A stretch of 64,000 bases of DNA from an uncultured delta proteobacterium (lineage in GTDB: Bacteria; Desulfobacterota; Binatia; UBA9968). Shown piece by piece: positions 1-11,182 of this stretch. The DNA lies in contig CAVUZH010000025.1 in NCBI GenBank assembly GCA_963745835.1, forward strand, positions 143,070-207,069, given 5' to 3'. The notes beneath the pieces are model-generated. The model was not told where the DNA came from. It worked only from the letters and a program-made list of their open reading frames with translations, and made no database searches. Position numbers and translations under genes: made by a program. The first letter of the stretch is position 1, and each line of letters starts with the position of its first letter.

Positions 1-771
1 CCGGAGATTTTGATTGTGGATGAGGTGCTTGCCGTAGGGGATGCCTCTTTTCAAAACAAATGCATAGGTAAAATGGGAGCCGTCGCCAAAGAAGGTCGAA
101 CCGTTCTTTTTGTCAGTCATAATGTCGCTGCGGTCAAGTCGCTTTGTAGTCGAGCCATTTTGCTGGATCGCGGGCAGGTGGATTGCGACGGGCGGGTCGA
201 TGACGTCGTGGATCGTTACGTCATGGCCAACAGCAACGTGCTCAAGAGCGGGGCTATACCGGACGATGTGGAGCGGATCGGTACGGGTGAAGCGAAACTA
301 CGTTCCGTGCAACTCGCTAACATATCCTGTAATCCGGTTTCAGAACTGTACTTTGGTCAGCCGTTCCGCGTCACGCTCGGGTTTGACGTCCTCACAAACA
401 TCCGGGATGTTTTTGTAGAAGTGAATATTGGCAAGCCCGATGGAACTGAGGTAGTTTTTTCTACCACGGTCGACGAAGGACAGCGACCGATGGATTTAAC
501 GACCGGACGCTATCAGGTGAATGCAGAATTCGACATCGTGCTCCTGCCCGGGCGGTATTCGATCGGTTTAGGTATTCACTTTATCGACGGTATGACCATC
601 GATTTTATTCGACGTGTTATGGATTTTCGAATTTTAAAAGTAGCGCAGAATGGGCACGGCGACTACCTCTGGGACACTGTTCGGGGCTATGTGCGTGGTC
701 TTCCCCGCTGGGGAATGCATAAAATGGCGGGTTCAGAAGCTGCGCAAGCGATTAAGTTCCATCTCGCTTAG
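1..771 (+). CDS. wzt: Polysaccharide ABC transporter ATP-binding protein with C-terminal Wzt_C carbohydrate-binding domain (5'-truncated by window edge)
   Basis: PEILIVDEVLAVGDASFQNKC (Walker B) and VLFVSHN (H-loop), followed by a beta-rich C-terminal domain. Confidence 0.9.
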   Translation, partial: PEILIVDEVLAVGDASFQNKCIGKMGAVAKEGRTVLFVSHNVAAVKSLCSRAILLDRGQVDCDGRVDDVVDRYVMANSNVLKSGAIPDDVERIGTGEAKLRSVQLANISCNPVSELYFGQPFRVTLGFDVLTNIRDVFVEVNIGKPDGTEVVFSTTVDEGQRPMDLTTGRYQVNAEFDIVLLPGRYSIGLGIHFIDGMTIDFIRRVMDFRILKVAQNGHGDYLWDTVRGYVRGLPRWGMHKMAGSEAAQAIKFHLA

Positions 772-827
772 CAAGGATCGGATAAAAAAATGGTTCATGA
801 TTGCTTCCGATTTGGCGCACCTCGGCC

Positions 828-1997
828 ATGAGAATCCCGATTGCAAAGTGCGTGTTCGGCGAAGAGGAACTACTGGCCGTACAAAAGCCGTTAGAAACGG
901 GCTGGGTTGTGCAGGGACCCTTCGTGCGCCAGTTCGAGGAGAAATTCTCAAACTTTACAGGAGCCCCCTTCTCGGTTGCGACAAGTTCTTGCACGACTGC
1001 ATTGCACATAGCCGTGGCGGCTTTGGGATTGAAGCCGGGCGATGAAGTCATCGTGCCGGCATTCACCTGGGTAGCAACCGCCAACGCGGTCGAATACATG
1101 GGCGCGCGGCCTATCTTCTGTGACATCGATCTAAACACGTTTAATATCGCTACAGACCAGATCGAAGCGCTGATTACACCGCGTACGGTGGGGATCATTC
1201 CGGTGCACCTCTTCGGGCTCTGCGCCGACATGCAACCGATTATGGACATTGCGAAAAGACACAGCCTGTGGGTAGTGGAAGACGCCGCCTGTGCTTTTGG
1301 TGCTTACTATCGTGAGCGCCATGCCGGCACGTTTGGCGGGACGGGCTGCTTTAGCTTTCACCCACGTAAGTCTATCACTACCGGCGAAGGAGGGATGATC
1401 ACGACTCAGAGGGAAGATGTCGACCGACTAGCGCGGAGCTTGCGCGATCATGGCGTGTCTCACTCCGACTCGACTCACCAGCAGGAAAAAGGGACCTTTC
1501 TCCTCGCGGAATATAACCATCTTGGCTACAACTATCGCCTGACCGATATTCAGGGAGCCTTGGGCTGTGCGCAAATAGACAAGGCAGAGTGGATTCTCGC
1601 CGAACGCGCCCGTTGCGCGCGCATTTACGACACAATGTTAGCCGATGTGCCATGGCTCAAAAGACCCGATGTGCCCGAAGGCTATGTGCACGGGTACCAG
1701 TCTTACGTCTGCTTGTTCTGTCCTGACGAACCTACCCTGAAAAACGTGGAGAAACTGTACCGGCAACGTAATGATTTGATGTTGAGGTTGGAGGCGAAAG
1801 GGATCGCCACGCGCCAGGGGACCCATGCTCCGGTGATTCTGGGCTATTACGCCCAGAAATACGAACTGCGTCCCGAGCAGTTTCCCAAGGCTTACATCGC
1901 CGACCGGTTAAGTTTGACGCTTCCGCTGTACGCCCAGATGACGGACGCTGAACAGAGTCTCGTGTGTCAGAGCCTTCGCGACGCACTCGATGCATAG
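828..1997 (+). CDS. DegT/DnrJ/EryC1/StrS PLP-dependent sugar aminotransferase
   Basis: SCTTALH, VVEDAAC, SFHPRKSITTGEGGM (PLP lysine), GYNYRL; ATG 828 preferred over TTG 801. Confidence 0.93.
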   Translation: MRIPIAKCVFGEEELLAVQKPLETGWVVQGPFVRQFEEKFSNFTGAPFSVATSSCTTALHIAVAALGLKPGDEVIVPAFTWVATANAVEYMGARPIFCDIDLNTFNIATDQIEALITPRTVGIIPVHLFGLCADMQPIMDIAKRHSLWVVEDAACAFGAYYRERHAGTFGGTGCFSFHPRKSITTGEGGMITTQREDVDRLARSLRDHGVSHSDSTHQQEKGTFLLAEYNHLGYNYRLTDIQGALGCAQIDKAEWILAERARCARIYDTMLADVPWLKRPDVPEGYVHGYQSYVCLFCPDEPTLKNVEKLYRQRNDLMLRLEAKGIATRQGTHAPVILGYYAQKYELRPEQFPKAYIADRLSLTLPLYAQMTDAEQSLVCQSLRDALDA

Positions 1998-2146
1998 GTC
2001 GTCGCTCCAGTTCCGGTCTTTAATCGGAAAGACACTTTTGCAGGCTAATAAGTTGAACGGTCCTGGGAGCGACGCAATATGATCCGAGCGCATCGTTTCA
2101 AAGCTCGACAAGCTCCTTAGAGTATCATTAAAGGATTCATTGATTT

Positions 2147-4249
2147 GTGATGATCTACGCCAACCTTCGACCCCAAGTGCGATCTTCCATAGACTTCGGC
2201 CGCATTACTGTTGTGCTGGCCACTGTCATTCTTGGCCTACTTATTCATGGGATGCACGCAAGCAAGCTTGGACTGTACTGGGATGACAGTGAACTATGGC
2301 TGCAGCCAATGCAGTGGGCTGACGGAAGCGTAATGCAATTTGTTCTGAGTGATACGTTTGGAGTCTTGCGTGCGGAAAGACCTTTTGCCCATTTTCTGAT
2401 GACAATACATCGCGCCGCCTTTGCAATCAGTCTCCCTGCACTGCACTGGAGCCAGGTTCTCTTACTGATACTGAACGCTGTCACCCTGGAAGTTATTGCA
2501 TCGAAAATCGTTAACGAGAACTGGTATGTCTTTGCGGCTGGGGTTATCTTTCTTACTTACCCCCTGGCTCCTTTACACGCCATATGTCCAATTACTTTGC
2601 TTCACGTCTGGGCTTGTCTACTAGCCCTCCTGACCCTCTTGTTTTCTTGGTATGGCCTGAGGGCTAACGAGACGCGACGGCTCATGTGGTTTGCTCTTGG
2701 CTCCATCACGTACGTTGCAAGTATATTGACGCATGAAGTATTTGCTCTGATCCCACCTGTATTTGTGTGCCTGTTTGTCCTGTCGAAAACCAGACAGAAC
2801 ACTGCGGAATGGTATCAATTTTGGCGCATGTCACTCTACAAACCAGCTATTCAGGGGCTGGGTGTATTCGCGGGTCTCTTCGGACTATATGGGCTCTGGC
2901 GGGTGCTGATTCTCCCCACGTATGGAGTCTTTGGATACCCTAACTCTGATATAGTGTTAAGCCCGATAATCGTCGCAAAGAAGCTTCTAGCAGGCATAAC
3001 AATCGGGTTTGTCCCTTGGGCCACAGTTTTAGACCGAATTAATTTATCCAGCCCGCCCATCACGTATGTCTTTTTTTCTGCTGGGCTGTTTGTTATTACA
3101 TGGATCATTACTTTCCAGCTATTGCTACGTTCACCCGCCTATGATCACAGCGATCATCAAAACGCCGCGAAAAATCCTGGCGATGACCATTGGGTCCAAG
3201 CAGCCAGGACCGGCATAGCGTTGTTCGTAGCCGCGGTTTTAGCTATCGCGGTATCCCCTTCGGATGTCGATGTAAATTTTGGAGTCAACTCCCTGTCGCC
3301 CGGTCCGCGGGTTAACTTCGTCGCCACAATTGGCATCGCTCTCGCGCTGCCCGTCCTGTTTGCCCTGCTCGCGCAGTGGTCCCGCCGTTTTATAAGACTG
3401 GTGCAGTGTCATCCCCGCTCTATGAGACTTTTGGGCCTTGCGGGTATTGCCTGTCTCATATACGTAGGGTTCATTGGATTCCCTGCAGATGGGAGCGTTT
3501 TTTCACATCAGAGTGCTGTGCCAATTCTGTTCACTCGCTATTCACTAGCTTATGGATTGCTGGTGGTCGCATATGTATTCGTGATGGTACTTGTTACTGG
3601 AATGGTCGTCCTGTCATCGGTGTCTTATTTGCGTGACACGAGATCGCCTCCCATAGTCATCGTTCCCCGCATGCGTGCCCAATGTCTTTCTTGGGCAGTG
3701 GCCTGTATCGTCCTGTTCGGAACCCTTTTCCACCTTAGTATCAAAGAGGAATTCGCTGACGAGTGGCGCCGTCACAAAGCTATGCTCGAGCAACTTCACG
3801 CTATCGCTCCTGCACTTGAGGACGACACATTTGTCATCATTGTTCATGAGGAGCTTAGCCGATCAGTTTCTATGCCCTATATGAGTCATTCGGAACTTAG
3901 CTCCTTCCTGCTAGCACTCTATGCTAATTGGTCAATCATGGGGACTACGGACCGGAACACCCGTTTCTATCCGGATGGAGTCGAAGCGCGATATTACGGG
4001 AAAGTCGCGATGTGGTTGCCTCCCGGTGTAAAGGGTCCAGCAAACATATATTATGCTACCTTACCTGTGCCACGGATATCCTATGATCGTCTTCTTCTGT
4101 TCTCATTCGACGGAACTAGTCTACGGCTGCTTCCTGAGATGGAGGTTGAGGTTGAAGGGAATGGGCGTGGAGTTGTGATGAATAATCCGGAACGAATTCT
4201 AAATCAAACATCGCTCAAAATGGCTGTATGGCGGCATGTGACCGACTAG
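2147..4249 (+). CDS. Polytopic membrane protein, possible GT-C-type glycosyltransferase or modifying enzyme
   Basis: 700 aa with many hydrophobic segments, GLYWDD acidic motif after TM1, soluble C-terminal domain; lies in a polysaccharide locus. Confidence 0.55.
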   Translation: MMIYANLRPQVRSSIDFGRITVVLATVILGLLIHGMHASKLGLYWDDSELWLQPMQWADGSVMQFVLSDTFGVLRAERPFAHFLMTIHRAAFAISLPALHWSQVLLLILNAVTLEVIASKIVNENWYVFAAGVIFLTYPLAPLHAICPITLLHVWACLLALLTLLFSWYGLRANETRRLMWFALGSITYVASILTHEVFALIPPVFVCLFVLSKTRQNTAEWYQFWRMSLYKPAIQGLGVFAGLFGLYGLWRVLILPTYGVFGYPNSDIVLSPIIVAKKLLAGITIGFVPWATVLDRINLSSPPITYVFFSAGLFVITWIITFQLLLRSPAYDHSDHQNAAKNPGDDHWVQAARTGIALFVAAVLAIAVSPSDVDVNFGVNSLSPGPRVNFVATIGIALALPVLFALLAQWSRRFIRLVQCHPRSMRLLGLAGIACLIYVGFIGFPADGSVFSHQSAVPILFTRYSLAYGLLVVAYVFVMVLVTGMVVLSSVSYLRDTRSPPIVIVPRMRAQCLSWAVACIVLFGTLFHLSIKEEFADEWRRHKAMLEQLHAIAPALEDDTFVIIVHEELSRSVSMPYMSHSELSSFLLALYANWSIMGTTDRNTRFYPDGVEARYYGKVAMWLPPGVKGPANIYYATLPVPRISYDRLLLFSFDGTSLRLLPEMEVEVEGNGRGVVMNNPERILNQTSLKMAVWRHVTD

Positions 4250-4597
4250 TATTCGAAGAGTAAATGCTATCAGGCCTGTAATTTCTCAATGTACCATTCA
4301 TGGGTAATATATCCTAGGTTTACATATGCGTACCGTCCAGTTCGTTTGCTATCTTGCCGCGCAATGGATTCCTTCCTGATTGCGCTTGCGCCTGCTGTCG
4401 TTCCACTGGCGTTCTTCATAGCTTAGTGTTGCTGCGCGACCGCACCTCATGGCATAGAACTGCTGGATTTGTGGGTCTTAGCGGTGTGGGCCTGGCGCGA
4501 GAGTTACAACAGTATGTTGGGTAGCAAGCCGTTGTTTGGTTGCAAACGCCTACTCTGATAGGCCTGCTTCCTGAATCCGCTGGTAGCAGCGGGGATC

Positions 4598-4766
4598 GTG
4601 CGCTCGTGAGGGCGTCACATTAGCACGGTGAAAGTTCGTGTCGTCATTGCGGCCTCTGTGTTAGCAAGCCAATTCCGATGTGGAAACCACCGACTCGAGA
4701 GGCGTCTGTGGGGAGAACCGCACCACGGTTCGGCGGGCAGGGACGGAGAGCCGTTTCTGACCCTAT
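4598..4766 (+). mobile_element. Internally deleted, ORF-less group II intron remnant (5' end joined to degenerate domains V-VI)
   Basis: Starts GTGCG(CTCGTGAGGGCG...GTGAAAGT); ends with DV-like GAGAGGCGTCTGTGGGGAGAACCGCACCACGGTTCGGCGGG and DVI GGACGG-AGAG-CCGTTT...CCCTAT; preceded by hairpin CCGCTG-GTAG-CAGCGG. Confidence 0.7.
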
Positions 4767-4858
4767 CTGCACGCTTATTTTTGAATCGCCAACGAGAGAT
4801 GGAAGAATGCATTCTTATCTTTTGACACTAGCGGAGAGGTTTGACGCTCTGACGTTTT

Positions 4859-5131
4859 TTGCTCATTGGCTTTCCTGTTTTGCTGGTGTTTGGGATTTAT
4901 GCAGGAGCCAAGGCGATTGGAAGAAAAGACGTCGTTGCCTTAGTAACGCTTATCTTCATGGTCACCAATATTCTGTATGTCTCTTTGCTCATAACGGTTT
5001 TTGGCGAGGAGGATCACAATCGTTACCGGTTCACAGTTGATGCCTTTTATTTGATGTTGCTCGGCCTGTTAATTTCATCTGGGATTGCTGCAGTGAAAAC
5101 CGGTGGTTTCAAGCGCAAGCTCGTTATCTAG
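4859..5131 (+). pseudogene. C-terminal fragment of a membrane protein
   Basis: TM segments around EDHNRYRF, resembling ends of GT-C-like proteins; no plausible start; directly follows the intron remnant. Confidence 0.45.
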
Positions 5132-5525
5132 GTGAGCAGTTGGGGCGGATCTCGATCCATCCATCATAGAAGTCTCTCACGAAAAACCTGTCATGGGGTT
5201 TCCCGGAGGTCGTGTGATTCTTAGCTGTGGATTACCTATTCTTTTAAAGAACTCGATTGACTCGGTGTGTTTACTTTAACCGATTTGAACTGGCTTTTCC
5301 TCATCTGCCATCGTGGCAACTTCCACTAGTATCATCCGCAGTACACGCGACGGACGGACGTAAGATGATCTCAGCGTGGTTAATCCGCCGAACTGTGCTT
5401 TCAGTTACAACATGTGATGCGCGGGCCGGAGACGCTGCCGCTGTCTGTCTATGGACAGTTGTCATCGGATCAAACAGGCACTGATGGCAAATGCCGTCGC
5501 GGCCTATACGGGAGACCCATAAACT

Positions 5526-6503
5526 ATGGATAGAGCTTTGCGCGGCAAACGAATCTTCCTCAGTGGCGGCGGCGGCTTCATCGGCTCCACCCTTGCTGGC
5601 CGTCTTCTCGATGACAATGAAATCGTCGTGTTCGACACCTTTAAGCGTGACTCGCTGTCGGGCAAGCCGTATGCTCGGCACGTTAACCTGCGGCGCGTGG
5701 AGGGCGATGTTCTCGACTTAGAGGCTATCACGCGAGCGATGGCAGGCGCCGAAGTCGCCGTGCACATGGCTGCCATTGCTGGCGTGGACACCGTACTGCA
5801 GAGTCCGACAACGACCATGGCCGTGAACATGCTGGGCACGCTAAACTTCCTCAAGGCGGCCCACGCGCAGCGTTGCTGCGAGCGCGTAGTAACATTCTCG
5901 ACCAGCGAGGTGTTCGGCACTTACGCCTACCGCGTGAGCGAGTCTGATACTGTCACTACAGGCGCGGTTGGCGAAGCGCGCTGGACCTATGCGGTGAGCA
6001 AGCTTGCCAGTGAGCACCTGACATATGCCTACTACAAGGAGTTTGGCTTGCCGGCGGTGATTGTCCGGCCCTTCAATGTGTACGGGCCGGGACAGGTCGG
6101 TGAGGGCGCCATCCACACTTTTGTGAATCGCGCGCTCCGGGGAGAAGATCTGCAAATTCATGGCGACGGCGACCAAATCCGATCGTGGACATATATCGAT
6201 GACATGATTGGCGGCATTCTTCTCGTGATGGAACGTCAGGAGGCGGTCGGCGAGTCCTTCAACATCGGCAATCCGCGCGGGACCGTCACCATCAACGGCC
6301 TCGCCGAACTCGTGCTGGCGGTGACCGGCTCGCGCTCGAAGATCATCCATGTGCCCAAGGTCTCTGCTGATGTCGAACTGCGCGTCCCCAGCATCGATAA
6401 GGCACGTGCGCTGCTCGGCTTCACCCCGCAGGTTGATCTTCGCGAGGGCATGGAGAGGACAGTGATGTGGTACCGCAGCCGGATGGAGCCTTCCCGCGCA
6501 TGA
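5526..6503 (+). CDS. NAD-dependent epimerase/dehydratase (extended SDR)
   Basis: GGGGFIGS, STSEVFG, YAVSK (YxxxK), RPFNVYGP. Confidence 0.92.
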   Translation: MDRALRGKRIFLSGGGGFIGSTLAGRLLDDNEIVVFDTFKRDSLSGKPYARHVNLRRVEGDVLDLEAITRAMAGAEVAVHMAAIAGVDTVLQSPTTTMAVNMLGTLNFLKAAHAQRCCERVVTFSTSEVFGTYAYRVSESDTVTTGAVGEARWTYAVSKLASEHLTYAYYKEFGLPAVIVRPFNVYGPGQVGEGAIHTFVNRALRGEDLQIHGDGDQIRSWTYIDDMIGGILLVMERQEAVGESFNIGNPRGTVTINGLAELVLAVTGSRSKIIHVPKVSADVELRVPSIDKARALLGFTPQVDLREGMERTVMWYRSRMEPSRA

Positions 6504-6636
6504 TCGGTAGCTCCAGCGCAATCCCTAACCAGTCGTCCGGCACTCGTCCGGTATCTTCGGGTGAGCTGATGTCTTCTCCTTCATCAGCGCAGCAGCATCG
6601 CTTGCGGCGTGTGTCGGTTTATCCCGCTTTGGCTTT

Positions 6637-7332
6637 GTGATGCTTGTTTCGTCTGCGGCAAAGCAGCTAATCATTCTCGGAGCCAGAGGCAACAGTGTGG
6701 ACATCCTGGATGCTGTGAATGAAATAAACGCGAAGTCGAAATTAGCGCGGTACGAGTGCATTGGATTTCTCGACGACGATCAGCATCGGTGGGGTCAGGA
6801 AATATGGGGCGTGCAGGTGCTCGGCCCGCTGGAAAGTGCCAGAAAGTATTCGGATGCCTACTTTGTGAATAGCATCGGCAGCGAGCGCAACTTTCGGCAG
6901 AAAGCTGCGATCATCGCTAAGACGGGGCTTCCACCTGAGAGGTTCGAAACCATCGTTCATCCTACGGCGAGTGTCTCCCGGATGGCGACGTTGGGCAATG
7001 GGGTGGTGGTGCTTCAACATGTGAGCATCAGCAATCAGGTCAGTATTGGCAATCATGTTATTATTCTGCCGAACTCCGTGATCAGCCACGATGTCGTCAT
7101 TGGTGATTACTCCTGCATAACAGGTGGGGTATGCATTTCCGGCATGGCGACAATAGAAAGGGACTGCTACCTGGGCACCAACAGCTCCATCATCGGCAAT
7201 GTGAAGCTCGAAACCGGGTGTATCATTGGTATGGGTGCAGTGATCAGACATGATGTTCCCGCGAACGCAGTGATGGTAGGCAATCCTGCCAAGTTACTCT
7301 GCGACGCGAAAGATTGCGGCAATGGAGACTAG
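6637..7332 (+). CDS. NeuD/PglD-type sugar acetyltransferase (left-handed beta-helix)
   Basis: N-terminal Rossmann-like IIL GARG/GFLDD, TIVHPTA, hexapeptide repeats, VGNPAK. Confidence 0.9.
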   Translation: MMLVSSAAKQLIILGARGNSVDILDAVNEINAKSKLARYECIGFLDDDQHRWGQEIWGVQVLGPLESARKYSDAYFVNSIGSERNFRQKAAIIAKTGLPPERFETIVHPTASVSRMATLGNGVVVLQHVSISNQVSIGNHVIILPNSVISHDVVIGDYSCITGGVCISGMATIERDCYLGTNSSIIGNVKLETGCIIGMGAVIRHDVPANAVMVGNPAKLLCDAKDCGNGD

Positions 7333-7338
7333 TGATGA

Positions 7339-9059
7339 ATGCGAGAACGTTCTAATGGCGTCCTTCTGGGAAGAACGACGGCGATTGAACAAGCGGTTTT
7401 TGATTGGTGCCTCCGAAACGCGGAAGCCTGCTTGGCAGAGGCTGCTCTTGAAAAGTCATTTCGGTGGGCTCGGCTAGCAGCAGTCATCGCTAATAGATTC
7501 TCGTTCGGAGAGATGGCGTCTTCTGCGCTCGAAGAGCATCTTTTGAGAATAGCGAGAGAGTTGCCGATACCGAGGCAAAACGCCGCACGGGGCGGGCAGC
7601 GGCATGAGCGATGGATGCACGTCTCTACGGAAACATATCCGACCGGAGGACACACCGCGATCATCCGAAAATGGATCGAACTTGATGCGAGTGCACATCG
7701 ACACAGCATAGCGCTGCTGGATCAGAAGAAGGAAGTTCCAACGGCTCTGAGCGATCTGGTTCACGGTACGGGAGGTGGACGTACTAAGGTTAGATACGAA
7801 CGCACTCATTGCTAAGCCGTGCGATGCAACTCAGAAAAGCCTCGATGGAAGCTGACGTCGTCGTCTTGCACCTCTTTCCCGACGAAGTAATTCCGGTCGT
7901 TGCCTTGGGAGTATCCTGCGGGCCGCCGGTACTGCTGATGAACATCGCGGATCACGAGTTCTGGAGCGGCGGTTCTGTAGCGGACGTGGTTGTGAACTTG
8001 CGACAATCAGGAAACGATTGGATAGTGCGTCATCGCGGTATTCCAAGGATTAGCTATCTTCCCACGCCTCTTGCGATGCCTGATATGACTGCCGAGCAGT
8101 GTTCCGAGCTGCGAGCAAGCACGCGCAAAGCCTTGGAATTGCCACTGGACGCACCCGTGATCCTCACATCAGGCGAGGCGTACAAATACACGCCGCTACC
8201 GGATCTCAACTTCTTCGGCGCGGCGCGAGCGATTTTGTCGTCCTGCCCGGACGCCTATTTGCTGGCAGTTGGTCCGAGCGAAGTTGACGAATGGAAGGCG
8301 CTTCGGCAAGGCACAGGGGGCCGCGTCCGGGCCGTTGGATTACAGAAGGACGTTTCGGCTTATCGCGCGTGCGCCGACATATATCTGGAGGGGTTTCCTT
8401 TTGGCTCCAACGGGGCGTTTCTTGAAGCGTGCATTGATGGAATTCCCTGCGTACGGGCCCCGCGAGTATGCCTGCCATTGGTCGGCTCGGATGGCGTGGC
8501 CCCGGGCGAATTAGATCAACCACCAGACATCGCAGCATACGTTAGAAGGGCTGTTGAATTGATAGCCGACAAAGATGAACGCCGGCGTTGTGGCAAGTCC
8601 CTCGCAAGAGCGGTAAGAGAGCGCCACAGTGGTTCAGGTTGGGTTAGGTATCTGAGAGATTTGGAGACCCAGCTGCCGACGCGCCATTCGGTTTTCCACC
8701 TTTCGGCCCCTGAGCCGGTGCCGGAGCAGGTCGCAGACTTTTGGACGAAGTTTCTAATTCACCGATTCGGTAACGAAGATCCGCTTAATAATGCATATCG
8801 TTCGGCGCTCAGTTTAGGCCTGAAACCTAAAATGGATGATGCTTTGATGAAAGTTGTGCGGCCGTCCAGGCATGTACGGGGCCATAGCGCTGTACATGAA
8901 GCGGTAACAACTTTAGTCGGTCCTATGCTGTCGCTGCTACCATCCAAGACCTCAAGTATAGTCTACGATAAAGTGGTCGCCCGTCTATGTCATGATGGCC
9001 GGATCATGCGTATGTATCGTCGGGTCAGGAACGACATTTCTCGCCGCGCTTGCGCCTAA
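7339..9059 (+). CDS. GT-B (GT4-like) glycosyltransferase, split by frameshift near 7780-7810
   Basis: ORFs 7339-7815 (YPTGGHT) and 7809-9059 (ADIYLEGFPFGS..FLEA..GIP) form one continuous GT-like protein. Confidence 0.7.
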
Positions 9060-9131
9060 TGCCACAAAGCCGCTATTACCGCTACTTTATGCGCCGGTCT
9101 CTGGATAAACCTCAAAGCCCCGATGGCAAAT

Positions 9132-9147
9132 TGGCTTCTACGTTGCT
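9132..9147 (+). promoter_or_regulatory. Candidate sigma54 -24/-12 promoter
   Basis: TGGCTT-CTACG-TTGCT with GG-N10-GC spacing, intergenic upstream of the methyltransferase. Confidence 0.45.
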
Positions 9148-9324
9148 TGAAGCCTCGCTAGAAAAGCTCCAGATTCATCGATTTCGCTGGCCGAACTGGT
9201 TCTGACCTATGTACTTTTTCCTTTCACCTACTAGCCAAGCATTCACCGACCCTCTGCGATTCATTATGCAATTGGAAGCCGCGAAGAAATCCTTAAAGTC
9301 GGTGCTCCCCGAGGAGCCTGGAAC

Positions 9325-10077
9325 ATGGCCCGCGATGCGGTTTATTGTATTCGCAGGTATAAATACAATTTCGAGCGTCAACCTCCCGTGGGCTGGGTTC
9401 GCTTCGGTTCGTTTCGTCGAGTGCATCCTATCGACGCCGAGTTTGGTTTCCGCTGGGGACAAGTTATCGATCGATACTACATTGAGAAATTCTTACAGCA
9501 GTACGCATCCGAGATTCACGGCACCGTACTTGAGGTTGCCGACGATGGTTATACGAAACGCTTTGGAGGCAAACGGGTCAGCCGATCCGACGTGCTTCAT
9601 TATACAAATGATAATCCGAAAGCGACGATTGTCGCCGACCTGATCGATGCTCCGCAGATACCGTCTAATACTTTCGATTGCATTATTTTGACCCAGACCC
9701 TGCAATTTATATATGATCTGCGCGCGGCCGCTAAGACGCTTCACCGCATTCTCAAGCCCGGCGGTACTTTGCTGGTGACGTCTCACGGAACCAGCCAGAT
9801 ATCTCAGCACGATATGCAACATTGGGGGGAATACTGGCGCTTGACCTCTCTGTCTGCCCGCAAGCTTTTTACAGAAGTCTTTCCCGAACCCTGTGTTACG
9901 GTTCAGGCTTATGGAAACGTGCTTGCCGCCACTGCCTTCCTGCATGGCATTACCGCGCAAGAGCTTCGTCGCGAGGAGCTGGATTACCATGACCAACACT
10001 ACGAGGTGCTTATCGGCATCCGTGTTACTAAGCCGTTTCTGGGCACACACAACGAAGCAGTCTCGAATTCCTGCTAG
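9325..10077 (+). CDS. Class I SAM-dependent methyltransferase (polysaccharide-locus type)
   Basis: IDRYYIEKFL, VLEVAD, FDCIILTQTLQ, RILKPGG. Confidence 0.88.
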   Translation: MARDAVYCIRRYKYNFERQPPVGWVRFGSFRRVHPIDAEFGFRWGQVIDRYYIEKFLQQYASEIHGTVLEVADDGYTKRFGGKRVSRSDVLHYTNDNPKATIVADLIDAPQIPSNTFDCIILTQTLQFIYDLRAAAKTLHRILKPGGTLLVTSHGTSQISQHDMQHWGEYWRLTSLSARKLFTEVFPEPCVTVQAYGNVLAATAFLHGITAQELRREELDYHDQHYEVLIGIRVTKPFLGTHNEAVSNSC

Positions 10078-10146
10078 TCAGCAAGAACAAGGGATCCGCA
10101 AGCGGCAGTCGAATGCTACTGCACTAAAGATATGGGAGAGTGAAGC

Positions 10147-10923
10147 ATGAAAGCGGTTATCCTGGCAGGCGGACTCGGCTCTCGGTTGTCCGAAGAGACG
10201 ACGCTCCGTCCGAAGCCGATGGTCGAGATAGGCGGCAAGCCGATCCTTTGGCACATTATGAAGACCTATGCTTGCCACGGCATCAATGAATTTATAGTGG
10301 CGTTAGGCTACAAGGCGGAAGTGGTCAAAGACTATTTTCTGCGGTTCTATGCGATCAACAACGACCTTACGATCGACCTGGCTTCCGGAGCGACGACCAT
10401 TCATAAAAACGGTCACCAGACAGATTGGAAAGTGCACCTTGCCGATACCGGTCTTCACACCCAAACAGGAGGGCGGCTGAAACGATTGCAGAAGTGGCTC
10501 GCCAATGACGAAACCTTCTTGTTTACTTATGGCGATGGAGTCACCGATCTTAACATCGTCGCTCTACTTGAGTTCCATCGGCGACATGGAAAGATCGCCA
10601 CGGTCACGACGGTTCGTTCACCCGCTCGGTTCGGACGAATCGGGTTTACCGGAGACCAGGTCACGGACTTCTATGAAAAGCCGGAAACCGGCGAGGGCTG
10701 GATCAATGGCGGCTACTTTGTTCTCAACCGCAGGGCGCTCGACTACATCGAAGGCGATGAGTCGATCTGGGAACATGGGCCGGTTGATAGACTGGCAAAA
10801 GACGGTCAATTGATGGGCTATCGCCATCACGGCTTCTGGTCCTGCATGGATACCTTGAAAGAGAAAAACACTTTGGAAGAATTTTGGAATTCCGGCAAGG
10901 CGCCATGGGTTATATGGAAGTAA
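10147..10923 (+). CDS. rfbF: Glucose-1-phosphate cytidylyltransferase
   Basis: MKAVILAGGLGSRLSEET..PKPMVEIG, TGGRLK, TYGDG, WINGG, FWSCMDT. Confidence 0.96.
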   Translation: MKAVILAGGLGSRLSEETTLRPKPMVEIGGKPILWHIMKTYACHGINEFIVALGYKAEVVKDYFLRFYAINNDLTIDLASGATTIHKNGHQTDWKVHLADTGLHTQTGGRLKRLQKWLANDETFLFTYGDGVTDLNIVALLEFHRRHGKIATVTTVRSPARFGRIGFTGDQVTDFYEKPETGEGWINGGYFVLNRRALDYIEGDESIWEHGPVDRLAKDGQLMGYRHHGFWSCMDTLKEKNTLEEFWNSGKAPWVIWK

Positions 10924-11182
10924 CCATGGTTCAGCTTTGTCGGGTCGAGCAACAATGAAAGTACCGGTCAGAGGAAGGGGAACCTTAAATGGTTCATTGC
11001 TGCTTCACTATTTGGAGCAGCCACGATGAGTTCTAGTCGACACGGTTTTAGCGTGAGGCGTTGCAGAGCTACCGGTTACAGGGTCAAGCGGCAATCGAAA
11101 TCGTCGCGTCCTCCTCTTAAAGGTAAGCCTTCTAGATGCATTTGCTTGCCGATAACTAGTGAATCGTCTGAAGGTCATCGAA

